A stretch of 64,000 nt of DNA from Octopus sinensis (taxonomy: Eukaryota), in the NCBI RefSeq assembly GCF_006345805.1, contig NC_043001.1, positions 23,250,001 to 23,314,000 on the forward strand, written 5' to 3'. The position numbers were made by a program, and so were the translations under genes. A model generated the notes under the pieces. The model made no database searches. It had not been told where the DNA came from and saw only the letters and a list, made by a program, of their open reading frames with translations. Positions within the stretch are counted from its first letter, which is position 1; each line of letters opens with the position of its first letter. Positions 52,740 through 63,390 of the stretch are shown here, piece after piece.

Positions 52740-53560
52740 TCATTGAAGAACACTTCTTTCCTTTAGATGATGTATACTCATAACACACAATTTATTGTTG
52801 TAAGGGGATTGGGGGACATCATGGTGTTTCAACCTTATTGTGTGTCACTTCAGCCAAAGCTGCCTCCAGCTCAAAGAATCTAACAAAAAGTACTGGCTCT
52901 TGTTTATAGAAATCAACAAATAAATTATTTGCTGTTTGGCATACAACAGTGAGAATCCAAGCAATAATGAGAGCCCACGGGCATATGGCATAGTGGTTAA
53001 GAGTGTGGGCTACTAACCCAAGATTCCGAGTTCGATTCCAAGCAGTGATCTGAACAATAACAATAATAATAATAATAATAACATTGAAAAATACCTTAGG
53101 AATGAGAACCCAGGTTCGAAATTTCCCCAAGACACCTGAAGAAGGCTGGAGGGTGTATCAGCCAAAATGTGTTAACAACAAACAAGATGAGAACAAATAT
53201 CCGTCGAATGTAAATAACGTAAATAATGTAAATAATATTCAAACAATAATGTTGCAATTCATTCTCAATACATTCTGGTACATTTGATTGTGAATATGCT
53301 AATTACTTTTTTCTTTTTTTTTTTTTGTTGTCAAAGAACATCTTTCTTCAGATGATGTGTATTCAAAGCAAAAGCCACTCATTGATGTAAGGGATCTTTG
53401 AAGCACTGTGGTGTTTTGACCATCAGTTTGCAGACGTCATCATGCATCAGCAAATAATTTGTTGGCTGATTTCCATTAACAAGAATCAGTACTCTAGTTA
53501 GATTCATTGATCCAATGGTAGCTTCGAGGAAACACATTACAAAGACGAAGCATTGCAGAA
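52740..53560. mobile_element. Two diverged Tc1/mariner-like remnants flanking the HHR SINE
   Basis: 52741-52835 and 53330-53421 are mutually similar; no open frame. Confidence 0.35.
52972..53240 (+). mobile_element. tRNA-derived SINE carrying a decayed hammerhead motif
   Basis: A-box TGGCATAGTGG, B-box GAGTTCGATTCC, (AAT)n, then acac-CTGAAGA-A-GGCTG[gagggtgtat]CAGCC-aaaat-gtgtt and a (gtaaataat)n tail. Confidence 0.65.
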
Positions 53561-53618
53561 TCTCAAAATCCCTTTATATCAATGAATCACATGCATTACA
53601 AACACACATTGTCTAAAG

Positions 53619-53819
53619 CAGTGGTTTTCAACTAGGGTTCCGCCAATACAGTCCAGGGGTTCCGCAAGAAGTTACAAAACTGCTAAAATCGGCAGTAATT
53701 TTTAATTCTCCTGTGCAGATATGTATGCATAAGACTATTAAATTATTGCACAGGGGTTCCTCGAGTCAGTGGAATGTTTCCTTGGGGTTCCGCTCCAGCA
53801 AAAATGTTGAAAAGCACTG
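53619..53819. mobile_element. hAT MITE
   Basis: TIR CAGTGGTTTTCAAC / GTTGAAAAGCACTG; exact 8-bp TSD GTCTAAAG. Confidence 0.9.
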
Positions 53820-54589
53820 GTCTAAAGACAGACATTTTCCAATAATGAAAAATAACAGTATATTCATGTTTGAATCTGCCAGAATGTACAAAGAATGAAT
53901 AGATACATTATCGTTCAAGTTCTTGTTCTACTTGAATTATTGGTAAAATAACTTTGTTATCACTTCTCCCCTCTGCTGTACACCATTATAAACATCTCTC
54001 TTATGTGCTATGATTCTCAATCCCCTCTCATATCAACCATCCGACCCACTTACTATAGCCCCTTATGCATCTCTGCATTTCCCTCTCCCCTGCTCCTATA
54101 CCTTGTACATCATTCTACTAATTTCTGCTCAATGCTTCTTACTGAGTCACTTCCTATCTTCCAACTTACCCCTCTACATACTAGTATTTCCCATCATCAG
54201 CATTCCCATCCGTGTTCATCACTCACTACATTAACCTCTAACCTCTCTTTCCACCTGTTTATCCCACCCCAACACACTCCTATGAAAGCATCCACACACT
54301 CTTTCATTCCCTCCCTTGACCTACTGTCTGTATCCTCTCTTATTCTCACCTTCTTGTTCCTTGAGAGTTTGCTCTTGCACCCCATCACTATCTTCCTGTT
54401 ATCTCCTTCAGCAATGTATCTTCTCTATAGCAAGACACCTGTGTTTGTCTCTCTATCATATTCTAGCCTTTCAACTCCTGGAATAACGGTACCCATCTCC
54501 ACCTTCCATTTCCCAAATACTTCCGCTTAGTTGTGGGCGTTTTTTGCCTTTTCTTTTCCTCTATTCTATGTCATGCAAGTTTCATGGCA

Positions 54590-55080
54590 ACTTCACTAGT
54601 GCCAGTGACAGTAAGAACCATCCAGTACACACTGTGAAGTGGTTGGTATAAGAAAAGGCATTGAGCCATAGAATCATGCTAAAGATGGCATTGGAGCCTA
54701 GCACAGCCCTGCAGCTTGGCAGCTCCATGTCAAACAATCCAACCCACCCAGCATGGAAAGCAGATGTTAAAAGATGATGATAACTTTGTTCTCATTAAGC
54801 TGCTGTTTGGAACAAATTAGCAAAACCTTTTGGTTTTAATTTAGATCACTTTAAGAAAGGAACTTTGTATCATAGAATCTAGGGTGGTTTCAGGTGCATT
54901 TGTATCATCATCATTTAATGTCCGTTTTCCATGCTAACATGGGTTGAATGGTTTGACTGGAGCTGCCCAGCCAGAGAGCTGCACCAGGCTTAGCATGGTT
55001 TCTATAGCTGGATGCCCTTCCTAACACCAACCACTTTACATTGTACTGGGTGTTTTTTTACAAGGCACTAGCACCAGTAC
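54590..55080. mobile_element. Two RTE tail copies in opposite orientation
   Basis: 54590-54785 (+) ends aagatgatgat; 54900-55080 (-) starts catcatcatttaatgtcc. Confidence 0.5.
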
Positions 55081-55887
55081 TTTATATGTGTCTCTGGCTT
55101 AAGATGCTTAAGGGTCAATAAATCGTAGTGGTCCCAGTACTTATTTCTATCTGATATTTATTTTATTGATCTGCGTTTTAGTCTTTTATTATTTTTATGA
55201 CCTCTGTGTCAATAAAATCAGTTTCCTTCTAAACTACACAGTTTCAAGTTCAATCCCTCTGTATGACACCTTGAACTGTAGGCTGATCAAAGCTTTGTGA
55301 GTGGATTTGGTTGATAAAAACTGAAAGAAGCCTGCCATATTAGTGCAAATGTACACACACGTGCATGTGTGTGTGTGTGTGTGTGTGTTGTTTGTTTGTT
55401 TACATCTGTGATCTCCTGTACAAAAGTACAATGGGTACAGTTGTTGATCATTTCTCCAGACAATAAATCATCCAGTTATTTCCTATCTTAGCAGCAGGAA
55501 AGGTTTTCAACTGTAAAACAATATCTCGATATATTTGTCCCAACTCATGCAATTATGGGGGAAAAGTATATAAAACGAAGAAGAAATATTTTATTGATTT
55601 GCTAAATGACTGTATTGACACAACATTAGATTATTTTTCTTTTTTTGTTGTAATTGCTGGTGTTGTTGTCAAACACATAAACACAAACATGAATGCACAC
55701 ATGCACTTGCACTTGCACACACACACACACACACACTTATATTTGAACATATATATATATATATATAAATGGTTGTTTTTATGATATAATAAAAACAATT
55801 TTAAATTAAATTGAAAGATTAGTCCAATGATGGCTTTACTGGCTGAAACTTCAAAGCCATTGTCAATACTATTCCTGTTAAAGAATA

Positions 55888-55927
<40 letters not shown>

Positions 55928-56030
55928 AAGATTAGCTCGTATACGAGTGGGTATATATTTGTAAAAAATGAAGTTTGAAAATGCTGCTATATTAGACAAA
56001 TTTTAATTTTTATATATACATTATTTATTT

Positions 56031-56067
56031 AACATGTTTCGGTTCTTGAAATGACGAACCTTATCAA
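56031..56067 (-). ncRNA. Minimal type I hammerhead ribozyme, U3-A8 variant
   Basis: UUGAUAA-GGUUC[GUCAUUUCAA]GAACC-GAAAC-AU-GUU: perfect 5-bp stem II, palindromic ACAUGU stem III; located in a PLE pLTR. Confidence 0.65.
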
Positions 56068-56391
56068 AAAAAATTTATATATAAAAAAGATAGTTCATGC
56101 TATCAAATATAAAAAATTCATATATAATATTCAATAGAGTCAAACATAAAAAATTCATATATAGTAAAGCGAGTCCATGCTATATGTTTAAAGAGTATGA
56201 TGTAGTAGTTCATAGTGGTGATATGCATTCAATAGAGTCAAATATAAAAAATTCATGTTCTTGAAAAAGCGAGGAATTCATTTTAGATTTTACCTTGTGT
56301 TGTAATGATTTTTGGTTGGTGTCTGGTGAATTTTGTGAATTGTTTGGGTTTATATCAGCTCAGCTTAGCTGTCTCACTTGCATTTTTCACT

Positions 56392-56900
56392 GACGTCATA
56401 TAGTTCCCAACCAATCAAAACTCAGTCTCAACGAATATATCCTGTTAGGAAACCAACCTAGCAGAACGACAGTTTGGCCATGGAAGAAATACGTCATCCT
56501 TGTTTATGACGGATTGAAATTAGATCTGATCCATGACTGTATCCTGTTAGGTGGCTAGTCCAGCGGAACGAGACGTCATCAATGTTTTGACCAATCATCT
56601 CGTTAGGTGGCTAGTCCAGCAGAACGGGACGTCATCAATGTTTTGACCAATCATCCCGTTAGGTAGCTAGTCCAGTAGAACGAGACGTCATCAAAGTTTT
56701 GACCAATCAGAATCGGGTCTGACCTATAGCTGTATTAGATCTGACCCATGACTGTATCCTGTTAGGTGGCTAGTCCAGCGGAACGAGACGTCATCAATGT
56801 TTTGACCAATCAGAATCGGGTCTGACCCTTAGCTGTATCGTATGTGGAAACCGACCAAGCAGGGTGACAATAGCTTGCCCACTGAGGTAATACGTCATCA
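56392..56900 (-). promoter_or_regulatory. Tandem CRE + CCAAT array in the PLE pLTR
   Basis: Four ~51-56-bp units (gttaggtggctagtccagcggaacgagacgtcatcaatgttttgaccaatc), each with GACGTCA and CCAAT; further (T/G)ACGTCA motifs near 56392, 56490 and 56891; TATAAA (minus) at 56349-56354. Confidence 0.6.
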
Positions 56901-57845
56901 GTTTCTTGACGAATCAGGATTAGATCTGCTTGTAGAGATCTTTTTATAAATTTTTTTCCTTTCCCTAAGACATATCTCTGTCAGTGTGAGTGACTGTTTC
57001 AGGCAGCGGCCGTGGTAGAATTTCACTTCTCCTTTTCGGAGGACCAATGTTTTGTTTTAATATTCCTGTCCCAGGGTGTTCAAACTTGGTCTAAATTTTT
57101 TGATGAAATACAGTTCTTTATTTTGGCGTTGCGTGAAGGTTACGCAGTCACTGAATTTATAAAGCGGGTAAGTTATCAATTTCGGATTTACATTTCTAGC
57201 ACATCTATCTATGTGTCCGCTGACCGGTATTTTCCGGTATTCAGGGTTTCTAATTTGTGATTTATGCACCGCCATCCTGTTACGTAAGCTATTTTTTGTA
57301 TGGCCTATATACTGCCTATTGCAGCCTGTGCATGTTAAGACGTAAATTAAGTTTTCTGATGCGCAGGTGAAGTTTGCTCTAATGGTGAACTGATGGCCTT
57401 GTTCTAGTATAAATTTTGAACCTTCTATCAAGATGACACAGATTCCGCAGTTGGGCCTTCCACATTTTCTAACTGCTGGTTTTGTGGTTGATGTTGAGTG
57501 CAGTTTAGCTTGGGTTAAAATCCTTTTCAAGGATTTTGGTTGCTGTTTACTTTTAATGATGGTGTGTGTTTCGAGGATCCGGTTCATCTTTGGGTCTCCC
57601 TTTAGTAGGGCTGTGCTTTGTAGTATGGTGCTGAAGGCCTCATTATTGAGTGGGTTGTGTGTAGAGATGTAGGGAAGGGTTTTTAATTGTTCTTTCTTTT
57701 TTGGTTTTGTTTGTCTCGGGTCTTCTATACTTAATTTGAGTGCCCTTTGGATTGCACTGTCTATTAGGGGCTGTGGATAGTTTCTATTTGTGAGTGTGCT
57801 TCTAAGTTCCTGGAGACGTGTGTGTCGGGTGTTTGTGTCTGATAG

Positions 57846-58255
57846 ATGATGATGATGATGGCTGCCCCCTCATTATTGAGTATGGCCATTGCACGAAGCT
57901 TAACTGTTATTGGTGCTGTGATTGAATGTGACTTTTTAGCCCAGCTAAAGATCTACAAAGTTTTGTACAGAATTGACAACTAAAAACTTTACCGGTAATA
58001 GCCGGCTGTAGTTGCAACTGGGCTTCATGTACCTTTGCATGTCGTTTAAGTCCTCCTGCCGAATTACACTCTCTTCCACATTCCCAACAGATATGATTAG
58101 TATGGTGTGTTACACCACCACCAGTGGCCAGGTTGTCACTCATCTGTCTCGCTTTATGACTATGAAGATGACTCTTGAATCCAGCTTTACTGAAGCAGGG
58201 TCTTGCACAGACACTGCATGTCAGATGGAGTGGTCATCTGGTCAGGATGAAGGAT
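57846..58255 (-). mobile_element. RTE-type LINE 3' end with three C2H2 zinc fingers and a (CAT)n tail
   Basis: Frame 58233-57907 encodes CSVC..HLHSH, CWEC..HAKVH and CQFC..HIQSQH, then a short UTR and (CAT)n. Confidence 0.7.
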
Positions 58256-58726
58256 GTATATATATATACATACACATATACACACAAACACACAGAGACA
58301 ATATGTGTGCATATACACATATATGTATATATACATACACATGCAATCAGCTTTTCCAGAGTTTCAACTGACCAAATTCTATTCAAACATTATTAATTAA
58401 CCTGAAGCAAAAGAATTTGCACAAGGTTTACTTGCTGGTTTAGTTGCCAACAAGCCAACTATACAACAGGTTGTACTGGATTCCATGTTACCAGTAGCAC
58501 TCATGAGAGGCCCCACAACTGACTTGACATTCATACACACACACACACACATACATAGATACATATATATGTGTCTGTGTCTGTGTATATGCATGCACAC
58601 ACGCACACGCGTGCATGCATCATACAATATGCTTCTTTTAGTTTCTGACTTGTATCTACATCCACTGTATAGCCATGTTTCCAGGTTTCCTCCATTTATT
58701 AACTTGGTTAGTGAAATTATGTTATA

Positions 58727-58778
<52 letters not shown>

Positions 58779-58980
58779 TTATATTGTTATTTTTTGTTTT
58801 AATTATAGTATTTATGGGAGGGTTATATAATATGGGATTGAACTTAGAACTACATAGTTGCAAAGTGATTCTCTTAACCACACAGCCACGCCTGTATCTA
58901 CATCCACTGTAAATGTTTGCAGTGCTTTATACAATTCTCAGTATTTTTGTCATTTGCATCTATGGTTATGTTTATGTTAC

Positions 58981-59019
<39 letters not shown>

Positions 59020-59039
59020 TATTTGGTTATGTCTCTGCT

Positions 59040-59330
59040 GTTGCTGGTAAGGAAGTAGACAGTGGATTTGGTAGGTGCTAATTTACATTTGTTGTTATGG
59101 AGCCAGGTTTCCAGGTGACTGGTATAATGCTGGAGTGTCAGAGTTGTTGAGCAGATATATCTGGAGAATGAAGGTGGCGGTGGTAGTGGTGGGAGATTTT
59201 GTGTGATGTCATCTGCATATAAATTATGTGTGCTTTGTAGTATTTCTTAAGGAGGTGTTAAGTATTTTGTGTATAAGCAGATCATAAAGATGATGTTGAA
59301 AGCTTCACTAATATTGATAGTAGTTTAGAC
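59040..59330 (-). mobile_element. Decayed LINE RT fragment
   Basis: LYADDIT and HLETWLHNNKCKLAPTKST (RT domains 5-7). Confidence 0.55.
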
Positions 59331-60901
59331 TGATACATTGAAGATATTTTTCCTTGTTGTTGAAACTATCATGATCAGCCTCATTGTTTTAATGTCTATC
59401 TTTCAATGTTTGCATGGATCAGATGGAATTTGTTGAGGCAAATTTTGTATCGCTCCATGCCCATCCTGTTGCTAAACTTCACTTGTTTCCAAGCAAAGAA
59501 ATATTTTCCAGGAAAGACTAGAAATACACTACTTCCATTTGTCTGATAATGACATTTTATTTATAACTAACTTGTCATATAAAAACAAGGAGAGAAAGAG
59601 AGAGAGAGACACACACACAAATGATGGCTGTTGATTCATGACCAAGAAAGACCATCACTGACTATTACCCCTGCAGAATGTCAGCAATGCCCATGCATGA
59701 GGTTATAGCGTTCTGCGGTCAATTTCACATGGGTTTGTGTCTGTGATTTCCATGCTCCTACTTGACTCAACATCAGAAAATCACTTTGCACAACCCAAAA
59801 TTTTAGGCCCAATAAGGCTTGCACAACACCTTACACACTGTCTCCACTCTATGGACATGATCTGGAGAGAAATCAAGGTAAGATATCCAGTGCCAATATG
59901 GGTTGCAGGCTCAGAGTGTGGGAGTGCCCTTATCTAAAGTACAAGATCCCTAAAATGTTCAATGCTATTCCTTGCATATCTGGTTTTATATCAGAGTGAC
60001 CTCCTAGAAACATGCTTTAATAAAAAAACTGAAAGATACTCACTCTCTGTGGTCTTCCAGCATACTAGACACCAATCTAGAAATTCTGGGTGACTGTGCT
60101 AGACAGTGGTTGAACCTACACTAGGTTCATCTGTCCTTTTGACAGGTTTTGTTTTTAGTCCTTCTAGCAACCCTCCTCACCATGCAAGCCGAGTGAAGAT
60201 GCTGGTTTAGTTGCCAACAAGTCAACTATACAACAGGTTGTACTGGATTCCATGTTACCAGTAGCACTCACGAGAGGCCCCACAACTGACCTGACATTCA
60301 TACACACACACATACATAGATACATATATATGTGTCTGTGTATATGCATGCACACACACACACACACACACACACGTGCACGCATCATACAACATGCTTC
60401 TTTTAGTTTCCGACTTGTAAATCCATCCACAATGCTTTAGTCGGTATGAACTATAGTAGAAGACACTTGTCCAATGTGCCATTCAGTGGGCTGGAACCCA
60501 AAACCATATGATTGGAAAGCATGTTTCTTAACCACAGAGCCACACCTGCACCATCTATTCTATTTCATAATGGGGGCTTTGTGTTGTAATATGAAATCAT
60601 TTAGTAATTTGGGGAGAAGAAACTATTGGTTAGGTGTATCAAGAATGAAGGTGAAAGATTTGTGTGATGCTACTTCACTTGGATTCTTGGATTTTTGCTG
60701 GGCTGACTTTTACCTAGATTCTAGATTTTGAGAAAATAGCAGTGTTAGAGGCTAGATCTGGATAAAGATCACAACACCATTCCAGCAACTCCAGACGGAG
60801 TTGAGCCCAAGGCAAGACAAAGACATGTAAAACTTTATAATAGTAATTGTACGACAGTGCTTCTTATTGGAATAAACATTTTAAATGAAAATATTACTTA
60901 C

Positions 60902-61016
60902 TTCGCCGAAGAAGAAGAATAGTTTCCAGAGATGTCACTTCTATAAAGTCAACACTTAGAAGCTGACCTGATGTGAGAAAATTTTGAAGTCTTTCAATAT
61001 CCTCTTTGTCAAACAT
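60902..61016 (-). CDS. Nuclear receptor LBD exon (helices 7-8)
   Basis: Acceptor gttttaagtttcag, donor gtaagt, 115 nt (phase 0 to phase 1). MFDKEDIERLQNFLTSGQLLSVDFIEVTSLETILLLRR aligns with IRxLQEVISRFRQLRVDxxEFACLKAIVLFK. Phases join both neighbouring exons. Confidence 0.85.
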
Positions 61017-61897
61017 CTGAAACTTAAAACATACAATAACTGCTATACTCATGCTGTCCATTACATAAAATACAATTTTTATAAAAATATTACTTAAAAC
61101 CTAATATAATAATGGTTTCAAATTTTGGCTCAAGGCCAGAAATATCAGGGTAGAGAGAGTCTATTTGATTACATCAACCCCAGTGCTTAAAAAACAAATA
61201 TAATTTCTGTTACGTTGAAGATCCAAACAAGGAAAATGTAAATGGTGATAAGCTGATAATTATCACCATTTACATTGCTAAAATATTGATTTGTTGTTCA
61301 GTTATAGCTAGCTTTACTATTTGGTTGGGTATCAAACCATTTTGAAGACATCAATCACCAACAGCAATGAATATACTATCAATGGCGCCTACTTAAATAG
61401 GCCACTGCGGGGTGAGTGTCTTGGCCACAAGCGTAGTCTGTACACCATCATCAGTACACAACACAATGCTTGTCAGGATATGAACTTTTCCTCTGTCTCA
61501 ACTGTTATTATAATGGCATTCTGAAAGGAAGAAGAGTAGTGTCCCTAATCTGTGCAGGCCCTTCCAAGAGTGGTGAGATTAATGCTGTTGATGGTTATCT
61601 TGAACATCTGTAGGGAAAACAGAGATGGTGGAACTCCCAGAAAGTTACAGTTCTGAATAAGAAGAATTGATGAAGAACCAATCCTTACTAGTACAGGGTC
61701 TGAAAGGTGAGATACAGTAAGGGCAATAAAGGGGAAAACAAGTGGACCTAAGTAAAGAGGGCATACAGAGAGCTAGTTTGAAGGAGCATGAATCAGTGTA
61801 GTAATGATTAAAGAAACAGTGCAACACCCAAACCACATCTTCATGTGTGTGTTTGTGAATTATTGAAAGAAATAATGACAAAAACTTGTAAACTTAC

Positions 61898-62112
61898 ATT
61901 TTCTCTTTGATTATTCTCAATGTATATATCTAATTTATTAGAATCTGTTTGCCACTGTGTTAAACTTAGTAAGAATAGACAACTCCAGCTGTGTTCCAAT
62001 AGCATCATTTGATTGACTGGTTTTAACAAAAAGAGAATTTGGTTTGATAAAACTCGATGCAATGTCAGTGAGAGTACATTAGTACTGAGTTCAAACAAAG
62101 AATCCCACAAGT
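61898..62112 (-). CDS. Nuclear receptor LBD exon (helices 3-6), divergent NR2E/NR2F-like
   Basis: Acceptor cttttcttatcttctag, donor gtaagt. Translates LWDSLFELSTNVLSLTLHRVLSNQILFLLKPVNQMMLLEHSWSCLFLLSLTQW...NQREN; QMMLLEHSWSCLFLLSLTQW matches the NR2E/F motif DQxxLLExxWxELFxLxxxQW. Phase 1 in, phase 0 out. Confidence 0.85.
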
Positions 62113-62611
62113 CTAGAAGATAAGAAAAAGATAAAGAAAATCATTGTCTTTCTTCTTTGTTTTGTTACAGATTCTTAAAGGAAAGAAATGGTAATTTCAA
62201 TCAACAAGGTTTTATACGATGATGATTTTTCACATCAGTACAAATTATAGATTTGTTGAGGAAGGAAAAAAAAAGACTTTTGCTTATTTTATTGAACCAA
62301 GAGAAAGGGAAAGCAAAGTTGAACTTTGTAAAATTTGAAGATGAAGTACCATAAGGAATTTGTTTTGTATTGTACCTTTTTCTGCCAACCTACCATACTC
62401 AACATTAATTGTTTCAAATTTTAGCACAAGGCCAGCAATTTTTTTTTGACGAGGGAGATTATTTGATTATTTGACTGGTACTTTATTTGACCTCAGCAGG
62501 ATTTGAGTACAGAACGTAAAGAGTTGTAAGAACTACCACTAAGCATTTTATTCAATGCTCTAATGATTCTGCCAGCTCATCAAACACTGACAAGGCCACA
62601 AGTTTAGGGAA

Positions 62612-63390
62612 TTCTTTTATTCTTTTACTTGTTTCTGTCATTTGACAGTTGAAATGCTGGAGCACCACCTCAAAGGATTTCAGTCAAAGGAATCGACCCC
62701 AGGAAATATTCTTTGTAAGCTTAGTACTTATTCTATCGGTCTCTTTTGCCAAACCACTAAGTTATGGGGACATAAACATACCAATATCGGTTGTCAAACA
62801 ATGGTGGCGGGAGAACAAACACAGACACACAGACACACACACATATATATATATATATACTCTCTTTTTTACTCTTTTACTTGTTTCAGTTATTTGACTG
62901 CAGCCATGCTGGAGCACCGCCTTTAGTCAAGCAAATCGACCCCAGGACTTATTCTTTGTAAGCCTAGTACTTATTCTATCGGTCTCTTTTACCGAACTGC
63001 TAAGTTACGGGGACATAAACACACCAGCATCAGTTGTCAAGCTATGTTGGGGGGGGGGCAAACACAGACATGCAAACATATACACACACACACATATATA
63101 CATATATATGACAGGCTTCTTTCAGTTTCTGTCTACCAAATCCACTCACAAGGCTTTGGTCGGCCTGAGATTATAGTAGAAGACACTTGCCCAAGGTGCC
63201 ACACAGTGGGACTGAACCCGGAACCATGTGGTTCATAAGGAAGCTACTTACCACACAGCCATTCCTAGGTTTTGGTTGGCCCAAAGCTATAGAAGAAGAT
63301 ACTTGCCCAAAGTGCCATGCAACTGAGACTGAACCCAGAACTATGTGGTCATGAAAACAAACTTCTTACCACACAGCTATCGCTTCACCT
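62612..63390 (-). mobile_element. Tandem SINE family A copies (partial + full + partial)
   Basis: Tail half 62612-62860, full copy 62862-63270, head half 63271-63390; another head fragment at 63815-63930 (+). Confidence 0.8.

Larger units (their letters stand above)
55922..57842 (-). mobile_element. 5'-truncated Penelope-like element (Neptune-type): RT thumb, Cys linker, GIY-YIG endonuclease and pLTR
   Basis: Uninterrupted frame 57839-57057 (~260 codons) with CGRPNCGIC and LIYVLTCTGCNRQYIGHT...RMAVHKSQI; followed by a promoter-like repeat array and an HHR motif; ends at a (TA)n tract. Confidence 0.85.

Noticed and set aside
55441-55560. HELGQIYRDIVLQLKTF... as the missing receptor helix 7-8 exon
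   Set aside because: Poor splice sites and an in-frame stop; the exon at 60902-61016 fits far better.
56547-56811. Regular repeat array resembling a CRISPR
   Set aside because: Eukaryotic context, no unique spacers, no cas genes; these are tandem promoter units in a PLE.
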